Assembly: GCA_964658305.1 (NCBI GenBank)
Contig: OZ210885.1
Span: forward strand, 7,006,001-7,070,000
Source of the DNA: Leptogorgia sarmentosa
Lineage: Eukaryota
Direction of reading: 5' to 3'
Length of the DNA stretch: 64,000 nucleotides
Both the position numbers and the translations under genes were made by a program. Below, piece after piece: positions 21,081 through 35,500 of the stretch (within the stretch, counting starts at the first letter, position 1; each line of letters starts with the position of its first letter). Below the pieces are notes generated by a model. The model was not told where the DNA came from. It did no database searches and worked only from the letters and a program-made list of their open reading frames with translations.

Positions 21081-24000
21081 ATGAACTTTCTTCCATTGTT
21101 ACTGGTGATACTTTCAATGTCCGCTGCCCTGGGAACTGTTTCCGAAAACGAAAAGTCATGTATTCGGAGACATTTCAAGAAAGTCGGCCTTGGTAAGTAT
21201 TTTAACGTTTTCTTTGCCCTGCACTAAGGACAAAGTTAGGCTGGCGCGTTTAAAGTCCAGCAGCAAAGTGGATTATTCACGATTATTCCGTTTACAAATC
21301 ACACCAAAATACGATTGGAAGTTTGCCGTTTGCGGTTAGCCGTATGCCGTAAACGTAAATCTTAAAGTGCCTAATGTTTTTTGTGGTCCACTCGGCCATA
21401 ACTTTGGGTGATAACAAAATCGTTCAAATGTTTAATGAGGAGCGTAGCGACGACTGTGTGATTGGGGGTAGGGGGTGGGGGGGCTGGGTGCACGACTCAA
21501 TTTTGCCGTCAAAATGGGCGTGGTCGGGGTGTGGTTTGGATGTGGTCAACGTCGTTATCAGCTTAATTTCTGCTTAAATTCACTCTTGCCGACAGAGGCA
21601 AAATTGGGGGCAAAAGTGCGACGCCCCCCCCCGCCCCGCACCACCCATTCGCTACGCCCCTGTGTTTAATAATTACTTATGCAGAAAAGTGGGTCTTTTT
21701 GGTCGGATAACGGGTTATGATAATAGCGCGAAATAACTTAACTGCTATTCTGAACAAGGTCCAGGGAATAAACCTAAAAAAATATCCATAATTCATACCA
21801 CGGTCATTATGGTAATTTATGATAATTTATGGTAATTTAGTTAATATAGATAGAGCAAATAGTATAGCTTGGCCTCAAAATGGTGCCACTACAGTCAGTT
21901 TCATCAGCACACGCCATGCATGAATATCTGTGATTCAATGACTACAGTTACGTTTGTGTTCTTTGGCAGGAAACGAAGCATTTCGTCCACGAAATTTAAT
22001 CTCAAGTCACAACGTTCATCTTTTGGCAGAATGCCATATTCACTGTGTAAATGCAGAGAATTGTTACGGTTATAACTTCAGAGTCAGACCTAGCAGTGTT
22101 TATACAACCAACTGCCAGTTAAGCAACAGCTCCGTGAAAATGAACATGACAAAGATGAGGAATGGGTCTTGGAATTTCTACGAGGATGTTTTGGTAAGAA
22201 TAATGTCAGTAGCGGATTACCCAATATGCTATGTAGGCTGAAGCCTACAGGTCCGGGCTTTCGAGAGGCCCGTGATTTGTAGAACTTATATTTTTACTTC
22301 AGTTCATAAAACCCGAAAGCCCGGATTCCATTTCAACCATGGCTTAACGAAACGTAACGTCTATCATTATTATGTCATTTCTACTAGACGGTTGAAGTGG
22401 AAAGCATGCAAGTTCGAATCCCGCTTCAGTCGACGCAGGCGCGGATCCAGCTTTAAATCTGACCGTGGCAGGGTCGAAAATTCGCATAACCAGGGGGGGG
22501 GGGTTCGGGGCACCACCCCCCCCCGTAAATTGTCGAAATTTGAACACATTTCCCTGCGTTCAGAGCATCGAATTCTATCATATAATTCGCCATTAATTCC
22601 GCCATATTTTAGAGAGAAATAACGAATCGCACTCAATGAACTTAAATCGAGATCATATTACTATTTGACCAACTTCAAATAATTTACATATAAAATTTGC
22701 ATACACAAATATTCCCTGGCCCTAAGGCAATTGCAAATTTAATATAAATCTATTAAAATTTCTTACTTAACACGGATATTAGGCCCAGATCTTTCAATTT
22801 GACTCTTGGGGAACTGCAGTTTGGAAAATTCGCACACTCGCAGCACGATGTCGCCTGTAGATTTTATACGGCGCAGCTTTCCTTCAGTGATAAATTTATA
22901 TTTATCACACTGTTGCCTCAAGAGCGATAACTCCCCTGAAATATCTTCGCCCTGGTTCAATTTTGGAAAGATTTCAACGAGCTTCTTGAGAACATCGACC
23001 TTTTCAAAAGCCTCCATTCTAACAGCATTCGATTCAGCGAACTGATCAATATAGCTTGTTATGAAATTCTACCCGTCAAGTCCGACGAGTACCCGAACTC
23101 ATCGTTCATCATTTGCATTGCGCAATAAAAATACGCTCACCGTGGCGCACCGTGGCGCACATGACCACATCTAGCCCTGTGATTGGTTTGCACCTCTGCA
23201 CCGTGGCAGAATGTTACTATATTTAGTAACAATTGCGAAACTTTTTGCACGCTGACCGTGGCAAAATTTGTGGCTGTGATCGCAGGCGGCAGCTTCAAAT
23301 TTGCGAGTGTTTACCGAACATATTCGGCACACTTCGGTACGGTTTCGGCTGTTCTTATAGTTCAGTGTTAACTGAATGATTATGCTATAGAAAAAACATA
23401 ATATTTCGGCGTTTTCATTGCGTTTGACGCGAAATACTACACCACATAAAATAATGTGAACAATCCGGGAAAATGTTATTCAAATTGGCTGTTTTAGAGT
23501 TTAGATGCAGATTTCCTTGATTTTGAACGATTTATTTCAAATTATTATTCATATATATACTTTAATCTAATTTGCGAAAAAGGTGAACCCCGGAAAATCT
23601 AAGGTGGGAAAAATCTGACCGTGGCTCGCGCACCGTTCGCCACGGTCTGGATCCGCGCCTGCGACGAATTAGTCAATCGTTGTCTCATACCAGTGTCATT
23701 TTATCATGAAAACTAGCTGCTTAAATTCATAAGTAAATTTAGTGACTGGTGGCATGGGAATAGATATCATCTCCAAGGCCCGTAATTTCTTCTTTAGCCT
23801 ACAGGACCCGGAACTAGTAACCCGCCACTGAATAATGTATCTGCAAAATGAGTCATATTTATTCTGCTGAGCTGATTCTGGGGAAATAGCTGTGTTTACA
23901 TAATCTCACATCAACACGGCTGTTAGTCAATCACGTGCGCGCAATCTTTTTCACTTAGCTACTTATTAGCACCGGTTATTTTATAAATAGGAATAATGCA

Positions 24001-27000
24001 TGGCTCGATAAAAAATGTCGTATCAACGTTTATCTTCGCTTCAAATTTATCAAATCAAACGTTTCAAATTTATCTCTTACAACGCTGTATATCATTTAAT
24101 AAAAAATTAGTCCAACATGTTTAGCACCATTTTTTCAAATTGTTTATCTGTTTTGTACGATATTTTGAAAAACACCAGGGGCCGGTTGTATAAAAACGTA
24201 CACAGTAAATTTTTAGGGGTAAAAATTACCCCGAAAAACGAGGGCAACTGAATGTCCACAGAACGCCCCGTTTTTTGAGGGAAAATCTTATGGGGGTAAA
24301 AATTACCCCTGGTGGGCAATTCGCAAGTGGGGTAAAAATTACCCCATATACAGAGGTTTATTCACAAGCTACCCCAATTTGGGGTGAAATATTTTTCACC
24401 ACATTTAGGGGTGAAATTACTTGATTGGATTTTTTTCCAATAACAAAACGAATAAGATAAATGCTAACGCGTAGTTTATTTATAAATACATTACCAAAAT
24501 ATAGATAAAAATATATAAATTAGGTATTTACTTCTATAAATACATTAACAAAATATAGATAAAAAATATATAAATTTAGGTATTTACACACAATTATTTT
24601 CATTTACATGATATATACACATAGTTACATGCAATAACTTATTTCAATAGCATGCATGCAGGTTAACGTGCCTGCTGTAAGTTACAAGTTTAAAACGTAC
24701 TTTCATCGACGGAACGGTGTGTATAAAGCTTAACTTAATCTATATTTGTTAAATCATTCAGCTTTTGCACAAATTTTTGTAATGTTATACAATTGGCTAT
24801 GGATGAGCACCCAACTCGACCTGAGGTACTCAACCCGAGAAGCACGTTGTCGAGGAAACCGAAAAGATTTTTGTACTCCCTAGGGTATTCCAAGTTGAAT
24901 ACGTAGAAGCATTGATGTAATGCGAAAAAAACGCTTTCGAACGGAAAACCTGTTCCGTTCAAAAGTGTTTGCCCTTCAATGGCAAGGGCCAAACGATCAA
25001 CTTTCATTACATTTTCTGCTATACCTATGATGGTAGGGGATTTTGTCTTCCTTATTTCGTCCTCAAAATCATCATCTTCCTATAAATAGTACAGGGAATA
25101 CAATAATATACGTTAATTTTACGAACCTATATGTGTTCATTATCTTAGTACGTAAATAGGTATAGGCTACCAGTATTACGCATGCAAGTGTTGATTAGGG
25201 GACAGTTTTTTCTTTTCACAGCCACATTTCAAAAAGTGTAAATAAGTGCACTCAACAATTTTTTCCAAAAATAAATTACACCATGATAATCCCCAACAAG
25301 AGAACCCAACATTTGTGTCATATGCACTGTAACATTTTAGAGATGGGGGATTAGGCTGTGAGCATGCAAATGTGATGATAGCTATGTTGGTAATCCTAAA
25401 TGTGTAACAAGTGTATTCAGTAGATGACAACAATAGGCAACCAAAGTTCTACTAGTGTGCTAGTGTTCTAGAACTTTTGCTTTTATTGTCTAAAATAATA
25501 ATGGTACAGTGTTATCATTCACACCCAGCTATTATCATTCACATACTTTCAGAATTCTTCTTTAGGGGAGAGGGATCCACTCAGCCTTTAAAGTCTCCCA
25601 CACTTCAGGGAGGTGTTGTGTTTGCAGTATATTAGGAGGATTAGCAGTTAATACCAGTAGTTCCTGAGAGATGTATATAAAGTTCTTGCAATATTGGAAC
25701 TTTTGGTTAAAATTTTCTGGTGGCATTCCTGCTTTCATTACCACTTGAATGAACAGCATATTACCAGCAGACAAAGGTGAATGTCAGTGCATGATTACTG
25801 TCTAGCAGTCCTCATTGTGTACATCTAACGTTTTTCAAGTGATTATTATAATTACACATAATTAGTTGAGTGCAGGTTGATAGGAGACTCTGCCTCCATG
25901 GCTAAGTCATATGTAAAGTTCTGGTAGTTTTTGGTTACATAAATACAATGTTCAAAAATACATTAACATTCTTCATTCTTCTTCTTAACATTCTACAACA
26001 ATTATAAGGATAAGTTCAAGATGTAATATGTGTTGCAAAATTAAAGAACTTATAATCACTTAAATTTGCATGTTACCTAGTTACACAAAATTTGATTCTG
26101 GATAATAACTTCTAATCATACCACGGCACTCATGTCCTTGTGTTTTGTCAAATTTTATACAAAATTGTGCAATTCAACAACCTAAAGCCTTCTTTTTCCC
26201 ACCATGAAATATAAATCAATCTAGTACAGAAAATTGGAGCATGAACATTCCGAAATAGTTATATATTGGTTTTTAAGGCTTATTGTGATTATATAAATAA
26301 GGCTGTATCAATTAAGATTTTGTTTCACTATTTGTTTTTTGTACAAGGATATTGTTAGTGTAATTGTATTCTACAATAATTAATGCCAAAGTGGTCGTTT
26401 CACAGTACAAAGCTGGAAACTTTACTTGTTTGTGTAAATTTAATTATTAGTTTATATAACTGCCATTCTCCGTAATACACCTGTAATATTTTGTCTATTT
26501 AATGTAGAATTGTTAACCTACCTTTTCTCAGATTCAATAATACATCAAGCCTTAGCAAAATTGGTATTTAATTTTGTCTTTCCATGTTGATTTGACTTTC
26601 ATGTTTATAATATAAAAGATCACTCGTAGTGTAACTCCTTGAAATCCGCCATTTTGAAAGTTTTCATGTTACCCAACCCGTATGGGGTAACTCTACCTAG
26701 GTACCTTCACCCTGTAAATTGGGGTAAATTTTACCCCATCGTTTACCCTAGCAGGGGTAGTTAGTGATGATTTCACAACTACACCTTTGAAGGGGGTGAA
26801 ATCACGATGACAGTTGAATTTTACCCTAAGTATTAGAGTAATTTTTACCCTAAATTAATTTACTACAGTAGAAAGGGTAAAATTTACCCAGCTTCAGAGT
26901 AATTTTTACCCCCCAAAATTTACTGTGTACTTAAAATTAACTTTAGTTAAGTGCGAAACTTGACCAATCAGAAACGCGTATTGCAAAGTTAACTACCATT

Positions 27001-30000
27001 TAACTGCAAAACGGATAGTTAAAACGTAGTTAAGAGTTTTATACAACTGGTCCCAGATCTATTTCTCGTGTGAAACGTGATATCTCACGCGTGCGAGTGG
27101 GATGTCATGCTCAACACTGGAAATAAATTTTCGTGTTGTCGGAAAAATTAGGTTGCTCCTAAATCTATCTGCATAATATTGGTTTCCAAGCACTAAATCA
27201 AACTAAAACTAACCCTAAATATAAAACTAACCCAACTCTAAAGCTAAACCCCTTACCCTAAAAACCCCCAAAAAACTTATTTTATTTCATGAAAAATTCT
27301 TAAGCTAAATTTTGTTACTCTGTAGGTCACTAAAGGTAAGCAAGAATTATGAATTAAAATAGAATCTCCTACAAAGGTAAACTCGTAAATAATTATGTCA
27401 AAATTGATAACTTACTACTACCTAAGGGTGAAGGGCCTTCGTGTTTTAAGGAGTCGACTATACAGGGTTAATAAAAAGACGAAAACAAATATGAAGTCCC
27501 AAGACGGTTCGGGGTACGAGAACCTTACGAGATAATTAGCTTTTCCCATGCTAATTTGACACTTGTCCTTAATTTGCATATGCATATTAGATAATTATGC
27601 ATGCAAAGCGTTTGCTCGAAAAGTCGAATTTTCATCCTCTTTAGATAGTAAGTGTAACTTTAAATGTTATTATTCAAAATACACACTGGATACAGATCAA
27701 AACATGTAACATAACATAACATAAAATGACATGTCGTAGAATATATGAATATATAATTGATATTCATTGAATATATAATATGAATATATAATTGTTTATC
27801 GAGCTCCTTTTATCCTTCCGTAAAAGTGTCCATTCAAACTACATACAAAGGGGGTTATATAATAAACATACATGCAGGGAGGTGAGTCCGGGTTTGCGTC
27901 CAATCACGGAATTACCGAACCTTGCAGGTATGTTTAGTTTTTATCCCATGCCATTTCGCTAAAAAGATTTATCTGGACTGCCCGTGCCGAACAAATTTTG
28001 GCGGTCATCTTTCTTTTCTTTCATCTTTTTCTTCACTTCCACTTTGAATATAAAATATTCCATTTTCAATCATGAACCCACCTCCTAAACATACGTCAGC
28101 GGGTGGGCTCGAGTTCGAACGCACCTCCTCTTAGCCAATATGGAATCCTCTAATACGCAAGGTATGGGATAATGTAGAATACCCTGGTTTGTTCCAATTA
28201 CAAAAAATAGGCACGCACCATTGTGCGTGCGTATTTTTTGTAATTGGAACAAAACAGGGTGCATGCGTCTACGTTGATGCTACATTTTGAAACTCACTGT
28301 ACGATCACTAATATTGCGATCCGAAAATATAGGGAATGTGACGCAACGAAGTTCCAATTGTTATTCTAAATCTCCTCATCCAGGTCGGATGAGTGAAAAT
28401 GTTTTAGAAATCGCTTTACCGAAGCTTTGAAATGAGTCCTTCGAATGAACGTTAGAACAACGCACACTGACACAGCTTGACAGTGAAACACGCCACAGTA
28501 AATCATATACGTCACCAGTTAATTTGCTGACAGTTCGATACATCGTCGGTAGAGATAACAACGTTTGAGTGTTAGTGTTTACCTTGAGAGCTCGTGACGT
28601 CAAAATACGTCATATGCGTTGTTGAAACACAGCCAGCCAGAAATTTTACGCTTACATAGCCTCTACGTTGCTTAGCAACGTAGACGCAAAAAGGGCAATG
28701 CATGATTTCTTTTGAACTTTTTAATGATTGTTTTAACTGCCTCCTAACTCGCTCGCCCTTTCTGTCTCTCAATTATTTCAGACACTGATGAATGCTCTCA
28801 GGATAGCCACAGATGTCATTTCAATGCAACATGTGTCAACACTCCAGGTTCTTACGACTGTCAGTGTAGGAGTGGATACACTGGAAATGGCCGCACTTGT
28901 GCAGGTATAAGATATTTGAGATCAAAATGCAATATGTACCAATAACATTATTACGCATTTAAAAACAACGCACTACATACTGCAACTTTTTTGTATATCG
29001 GAAGTTACTTTCAGATTGCATAATCTTAAATCAAGGAATGAGCTCGCTAATTTTTGTCATTATGTTAGATATTGACGAATGTCTGGACAAGTCCAATCAT
29101 TGCGACCCGAATGCAAACTGCACAAATACTGACGGTTCATACAAATGTAAATGCTCTCAAGGTTACCGAGGAAATGGGCAGAATTGTACAGGTAAATATG
29201 TCGCGAATCTTTTCTTCGGCGAAATCCCGCAAAAAAAATTGAAATTGTCAAACAAAAATATTTATATTATTTTTAATTTTTCAGACATTGACGAATGCTC
29301 TGAAGGCAGCCATGGCTGTCATGCTGACGCAACCTGTAACAACACTCAAGGATCCTACAACTGCACATGTCCCAGTGGAAAATATTGCCAGAATCTCCAA
29401 GGTGATTTATTTCGTCGTGAAACGATGTATTTCAGTTTTGTTTGGTGTGACGTGTAGACTGTGGAGACCAGTGGCGAAGCTAGCCCGAAAATTTGGTTAT
29501 GTTCATTCCTCTAGAACTTGATTGTTTTCGCGGTATTTAAGGTCGTGTTACAACTGTTGAGTTGAGAGACGTGAAATTTGCAAGTACTTGTCTCCATTAC
29601 ATTTTCCTAATGATTTCCTTACAAGTCAGATATAGGTTCACTAATTAACATCTCTTAACAAATGCGTTGCAAGTTGCAAGATCACGAATTCACGATCATC
29701 CCAAATCGTGGGGATGCACGGCTTCTCCACTAGTGGAGATGTGTTTTCATGTCTCCAATGAAGTCTTAAATGGACCAATTGCATAATAGAGAAATTTTTA
29801 AAAAGTTCGAAATAGTACAATTCATAACAATAGCGTTAAAGAGCATCCCAAAATTACTAACATTGCAAAGTTTGGGTGCAAAATGTGATAAAATACGGAA
29901 AATATAACCGTGCAAAGTAGGGAAAATTTGTATACTTTTGTATTAGCTACGTGCGTCAATTGCTAACTAAATTAGTTACTTCATTTCGCACGTAATACAA

Positions 30001-32583
30001 AAGTATACAAAAGTAACGGCCGTAGCTAGGGCTATTTATTTTGAAATCAGTTCTCTTTAATTTCAAAAAACATCTGCAGAATATCAATATAATTATGAAC
30101 ATTCACCACCCAAAATTAACTCCCTAGCCTGGGCCTTGTCCGACATTGTTCGATTAAATTTATATTCACCTAGACGTGTCAGAGATATTGAAAAATGAAC
30201 CGAACGAATTCGAAAAGAAATTGAAAGAATGGTTGCCCATAACAGGATATTGGATCATTTGTTGGAGAGCAACACGAGATGGTTGGGCTGCGAGTACATT
30301 TCATTCAAGATGTGATGGAAAATCACCGACCATAACTATCGTTCAAGTTACCAACAACAATAAAAAGTATGTTTTTGGTGGCTATGCCAGTGAGCCGTGG
30401 AATACTTACAGTAAGTTAATTACAGTTATACTAGAAATGCATACCTGAGGCATCAGTCTACTCTCGCCTTAATAACAGAAGATGCGAATTTATTTTTTTG
30501 TAAATCAGCAGCGGACGGAATCATAGCGTTAAATTAACTTAAGGTTTGCAACCCTTGCGGCTCTTGGAAATAGACCCAAAACAAATCCGACGTTTATCGA
30601 AAACAAAACACCAAACGGCTTTAGAAAGAACACAACTTGAAAAGTAGTCTTTACTTTTAGCCTAGTCCAAAATTTGACACAATAATATATTGATAAAAAT
30701 ATTCTGGCTTCAAAATCGGGTCGCAGAATACAATAGGATCATAGGTGTAGAGTTGGGGGGGGGGGGGGCTCTGGGGCTGGGGGCCCCCCAGAAATTTTAT
30801 ACTGGGGGCTCAGCCCCTGCAGAAATATTGCTGAAATTTGTAAGTCAACTGTACGAAAGAACATTTTCATGCCATCTAATAAATAGACTCAAGTAGTCAA
30901 ATAAGATTACTTTAAGCTCTTGTACGTTGAAGTTTTGTTAGTACATTTTGTTAAATTGCTATATACAACCTAAATAAAATTTCTTGGGAAATTCTGGTGG
31001 TTTAAGTCAGTTCTAGTTAAAATGTTTGCAAATGTTGTATTACAATTCACCTATGTTTTTCACACCCCCTAAACCCTTAAGAGTTAAGGATGTTTGTTGC
31101 TTGTACTACGGTAGTCGATGTTATGTGTAACCAGGTATGAGCCCCCCCCCCAGACAAAACTAAAACTCTACACCTATGAATAGGATGGTGGAATCCAGTC
31201 TCAACGGTATCTCAAAAACCGTTAACAATACGACAATGAGCTGGTTAGTCAAAAATATTCCAAGATTTGTTTCATCTTTCCAAAGGCCAGAAAAGTGATA
31301 TGCTGCTGTGGCATACCACTTCAGCTGTTCAGCCAATTGCCTATGACTTGGGTGACAGAGAGTTGTAGAATTTGTGTGTGGCAAATGTAACAACACATGC
31401 TGGAAAAGTACTGTTGATTAAAGATAGATAGCTTTAAACTTGTGCCGTGACAATATAAAATATTTCAAAATGTCTTAACTGCAGATACGTGCATGTGGTA
31501 GGCATCAATTGCAACAGTTGTGTCTTTTTGCCCAGATAATCTACCGTGTTATATAATTTATTTAGTTGATGTAAAGTAAAAATGCATGCCCGTAATATTA
31601 GAGGGTCGTCGTGATCGGGTATTCTCTGCAATACCCTGACAATGGGATGGAATTTTTAATATTTTCAATTTTAAAGAGCATTTTTCGTTTTACACTCAAA
31701 ATTTACTTATGCTAGCTTGTCCATACAATCAAACAACTAAGGGGGTTACACTGTCTACATATTTTAGAAATCGTTTTCTTTGAGATCTATAAGATGCTCA
31801 CTTCTTCAATATAAAAGCCCATGATTTCGGTCAACCATATTGCTCTACATCATCCGTCTTGGCTATACGCACGCGGAATCTTATTCAGTTACACCTCAGC
31901 TTTTAATACTTCATTTATATGCTAGAAAATGTCATGCTTCCTGACGATGCATTGTGCGCTCACAGTTGAACGTTTATTGTTTTGGGAAGGGGCAACTTCT
32001 TTGAATTCGCTGTATATGAACTAAGGTTACTCACTCATTTATGCATTTGAACTTTGAACCACTTAGACTAATTAAATAAAAATCTGTGTCACTGAGAGTT
32101 TAGAATTTAAATATGTATTTCCTGGATTGCAAAAAATCCACAGCCAGGCAATATTTATAGGCTGCAGCCTACTTTTCCGAAACTAATGATCTTCATCACG
32201 AAATATTCGATTAGCAAGATCAATCATATCTACCCAAGGCCAAGTTAACAACGTTAATTTTTACAGGTGGTTATAGATCTGCTCCAGGATCATTTTTGTT
32301 TTCCCTGCGCAATAAAGATGACCTTCCACCATTCAAGGCTCCTCTGAAAGACCAGAATCACGGGAGTGCATTTTACCGTCACAGTACATATGGACCAACA
32401 TTTGGTGGTGGTCACGACTTGTACATTGCCAGCGATGCGAAATCAAACTCCAACTCCTACACGAATTTTGGTTACACCTACCAAGCTCCATCTGGATACA
32501 CTTACAACCAAGGCAACACAAAATCCCTCCTGGCGGGAAGCTATTACTTCACTCCATCAGAAGTCGAAGTCTTATATATCTAA
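21081..32583 (+). CDS. Gene 2: tandem paralog, signal peptide-PAN/Apple-3x Ca-binding EGF-TLDc, 420 aa, 8 exons
   Basis: Exons 21081-21192, 21970-22193, 27326-27335, 28782-28904, 29069-29191, 29285-29401, 30174-30410, 32267-32583. All introns are GT-AG with the same phases as gene 1; 1263 nt in frame; signal MNFLPLLLVILSMSAALG. Confidence 0.9.
21437..21662. mobile_element. hAT-type MITE in gene 2 intron 1
   Basis: gaggagcgtagcga...tcgctacgcccctg with a perfect 8-bp TSD TGTTTAAT. Confidence 0.85.
22207..23830. mobile_element. hAT-type non-autonomous element (outer), 14 nt into gene 2 intron 2
   Basis: cagtagcggattac...gtaacccgccactg TIRs with a perfect 8-bp TSD AATAATGT. Confidence 0.9.
22436..23661. 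mobile_element. Nested DNA transposon with 5-bp TSD (hAT5-like) carrying a coding remnant
   Basis: Perfect 15-bp TIR CAGGCGCGGATCCAG, TSD CGACG, repeated accgtggc subterminal motifs, minus-strand ORF remnant at 22763-23017. Confidence 0.85.
24179..27053. mobile_element. PIF/Harbinger-type MITE (outer), split by a CACTA-like insertion
   Basis: gggccggttgtataaaa...ttttatacaactggtcc with a 3-bp TSD CAG. Confidence 0.8.
24201..26927 (-). mobile_element. CACTA/EnSpm (CMC)-like transposon, internally deleted
   Basis: CACAGTAAATTTT...AAAATTTACTGTG TIRs, TA TSD, many ggggtaaaa-ttacccc subterminal palindromes. A terminal exon at 24735-25079 (-) encodes EDDDFEDEIRKTKSPTIIG...CFYVFNLEYP...FLDNVLLGL. 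Confidence 0.85.
28180..28260. repeat. Near-perfect 81-bp palindrome in gene 2 intron 3
   Basis: accctggtttgttccaattacaaaaaata-ggcacgcac-catt-gtgcgtgcg-tattttttgtaattggaacaaaacagggt. Confidence 0.85.
30740..31178. mobile_element. hAT-type MITE in gene 2 last intron
   Basis: CATAGGTGTAGAGTT...AACTCTACACCTATG with a perfect 8-bp TSD AATAGGAT. Confidence 0.9.
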
Positions 32584-35500
32584 TTAATTAAAAACCTACT
32601 TCAACAATGCCATAAGGTAAATAATTTTAACATAAAGCAGAATATACCGAAAATGATTTGAAAAAAAGCCTACTCCCATGTAATCTCCATGATTGTAAAA
32701 CACACCTCAATCAATTTTATAATTTAGGGAACTTTATATGTTTAGGGAACATAAAATTTCCGTGTCTAAAAATCGACAAGTTTTAGCAATCTATAGAGAC
32801 TTCTTCCTAAAATACATAACAGCCCTAAACGTTTATTGAATCATTTGCGGTAATTTGTTTATAGAAAAGTAGATAAAGTTTTGCTCTTGTAGCTATATCC
32901 AGCCTCATTATGATGACAATTCGTCCATGAAATATTGTAGAAATGCCTCAATATAACCAAAGAAAGAACAAATTATTTTCGCTAAACTATAATGAGGAAA
33001 AAATATAAAACACTTTTGCTATTTTTTATAAATGCAGTTAACATTAATTACTTTTTACTATGCAACAAACCTAATTACCGGGTTTAATTTAACTAAAAGT
33101 TAATTGCTTTAATTACAATTAAAATTTGCCATATTTGCAACATTACAAACTAAGAACTCCAAATATTTTTACCTGCATGGAGTGTAGCGTGGTCCAAAAT
33201 CACAATGTTTTTTATAACAATAAAAAAGTCAAAGTTGTAAATGTGAGCAATAAAGTTTCCGTCTCCTATTGTCCCATTGTAGACAGAATACAATAAAATT
33301 AAACTCTGTCTATAGTTCACGATTGCTTTAAGATTGCTTCTTGTTCCATTTTCCAATCCTTACTTTATTTTTTATTATAGTTGTTTTTCAGAACGTGAAA
33401 GGAGGCATCATGTTTATGTCTTGATATATGCCTCCAAAATTCCAATACATTGGACATCGATCTCGCTTAATTCAGCTTGTTGCATGATGCCATTTGGTTT
33501 TTTCTTTGGTATCATGTAATCTGGTAACATATAACTTAAATTCTTAACTTTCTTATCTTATTTGCACATTTTCATTATAAAGGTTGTAGATATATACGTA
33601 CATCCTGTATGATTGTAATAATTTAGAGATAATGTAGCTATAGCTACTACGCTAGCTTGTTAAAAATCTGGTTACTTGTAGGTTAAATGACATAGCGATA
33701 AAAACGTCATTGTTTCAAGTTTCCTAGACATTTAAATCTGTAGTCAAATCTGTAGCAAATTGTGCTTTACTCCACGTTTATAACGCATGCATGATTACAT
33801 GCTTGAAATGTGATGCCATTCAGCAGTATAATCACAGATATAGCGTGGACGTACAAAATCGACTTGACTATTGGTATAAATTAAGTTCTGCATGACATGT
33901 TCAGAATTGTTTCTTTAATTGTTATAAGGGCAACAATTAACTAGTTTGGAAGAACTTTTCTTTTAAAATTGCATGCATAATACACTCGCACAAATAGAGA
34001 AACACTGTAGTATTTAACATTGTATGCATGGGTTCATTTGTTAAATAAAAATTTGCGAAATTCATAGTTGTCTGAATATGTATTATGAATTGTTTCACAA
34101 TGTACAACCAAACATGATGATCTACATTAATAATACATCTTTTTGCGAAGAATAAAGTCAGTAAATTCGAAAACGAAGCTGATCACCAACTTATTTTAAG
34201 AATAGCAATTTCTCTTGTATTTCAACAAAAAATGTGAAATTTGTCGAAGGTACTGTGCCGTTGCTAACTGCAACAATAGAGTAATTCTTGCTGTCTTAAT
34301 GACGGATTCGTTTATTACAACACTTTCACATGCTTTAATCCGAAAGGGTATAGCTTTTGTAGAACTTGTCCTTGGAAATTTGGGACGCTTTGAAAATGAA
34401 TACACGAACAGAAATTTACTGCATGCACACCATCGATATATTCCACATGCTGAATTATGTGGCCAAATGTGCGGAAATGTACCCAGAAGTACTGCACGTG
34501 AAAGTATAAACTGAAAATCGACTAAGATGTACCTAAATGTCACCAAATGTACACAGTGAACATCACCGAGCCCGTTTCTGACACCTACGAGCGACGAAAA
34601 CACGCGCATTTTAAGACTCTGCTCAACTCTGCTCTGCTACACATGGCGGAGTAAATACGACAGTATATCATGTTGCTACTTGCTAGAAGATAGTTGCACT
34701 AAGTTGACTGTAGTCATAAATTGCAAGTTTCAACGGACCTTAATTTGGTGTTGTACAGAGCGAGGGCTATAGGGATTTTAAATATGCATAAAATTTAATC
34801 ATGGAATTAGATTAAACTCTTTTTATCGACTGATTGTTTGTCATTATATTAATGGCGGTTGCTGTTATACAAAATGCCGTCTTAATAAATAGCTCTCATA
34901 ATTATGCACTCTCTTTAATTTCACTCATGGGGGTAAAAAAGTCATACCCCTAAAACATAACTTGTTTCAACAGCTAGCTTTGTTCACCACCAGCAGACAC
35001 GAGAGTATTTTTAATCTGCTACAGAGTGAACTACCGACTTACAGGGATAAAATACACTTCTTAAACCCCCAATAATAGAAAAGTATGTAGCCCCGGAGTC
35101 TGCTCATGCTATGCACGTATTTTTATGTGTTTAAAGACCTTGAAAACAATCGATTTTAAAATGAACGATGATAATGAATATTCAAAAGAGACAAAACTTA
35201 CGTCATTTTTTATGATCAAGTTCTCGGGCCGGCTTTGCTATACTGACCTAAACTTACTGTAAAATAATTGAAAAGGCTGGCTGAATATCAATTTTCCCAT
35301 TTTTCAATTAAGGCGCTTAATTATATAAGCCCACTTAATAAGGACAAATTCAAACATCGTCACTTTTAGAATTAAAAACGTTTCTTTTGCAAGAAGAATT
35401 GCATGTTAACAATTATTTGATATAGAAAAAGGAAAGAAAGAACTGCCATTTCTGACAGCGTCGTTTTAGGATTCTTTCAACTGGCATTTTTACCAATTAA

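Noticed and set aside
34196..34609. Overlapping 137-aa and 99-aa ORFs
   Set aside because: No recognisable domain or consistent splice structure; could be transposon debris but cannot be supported.
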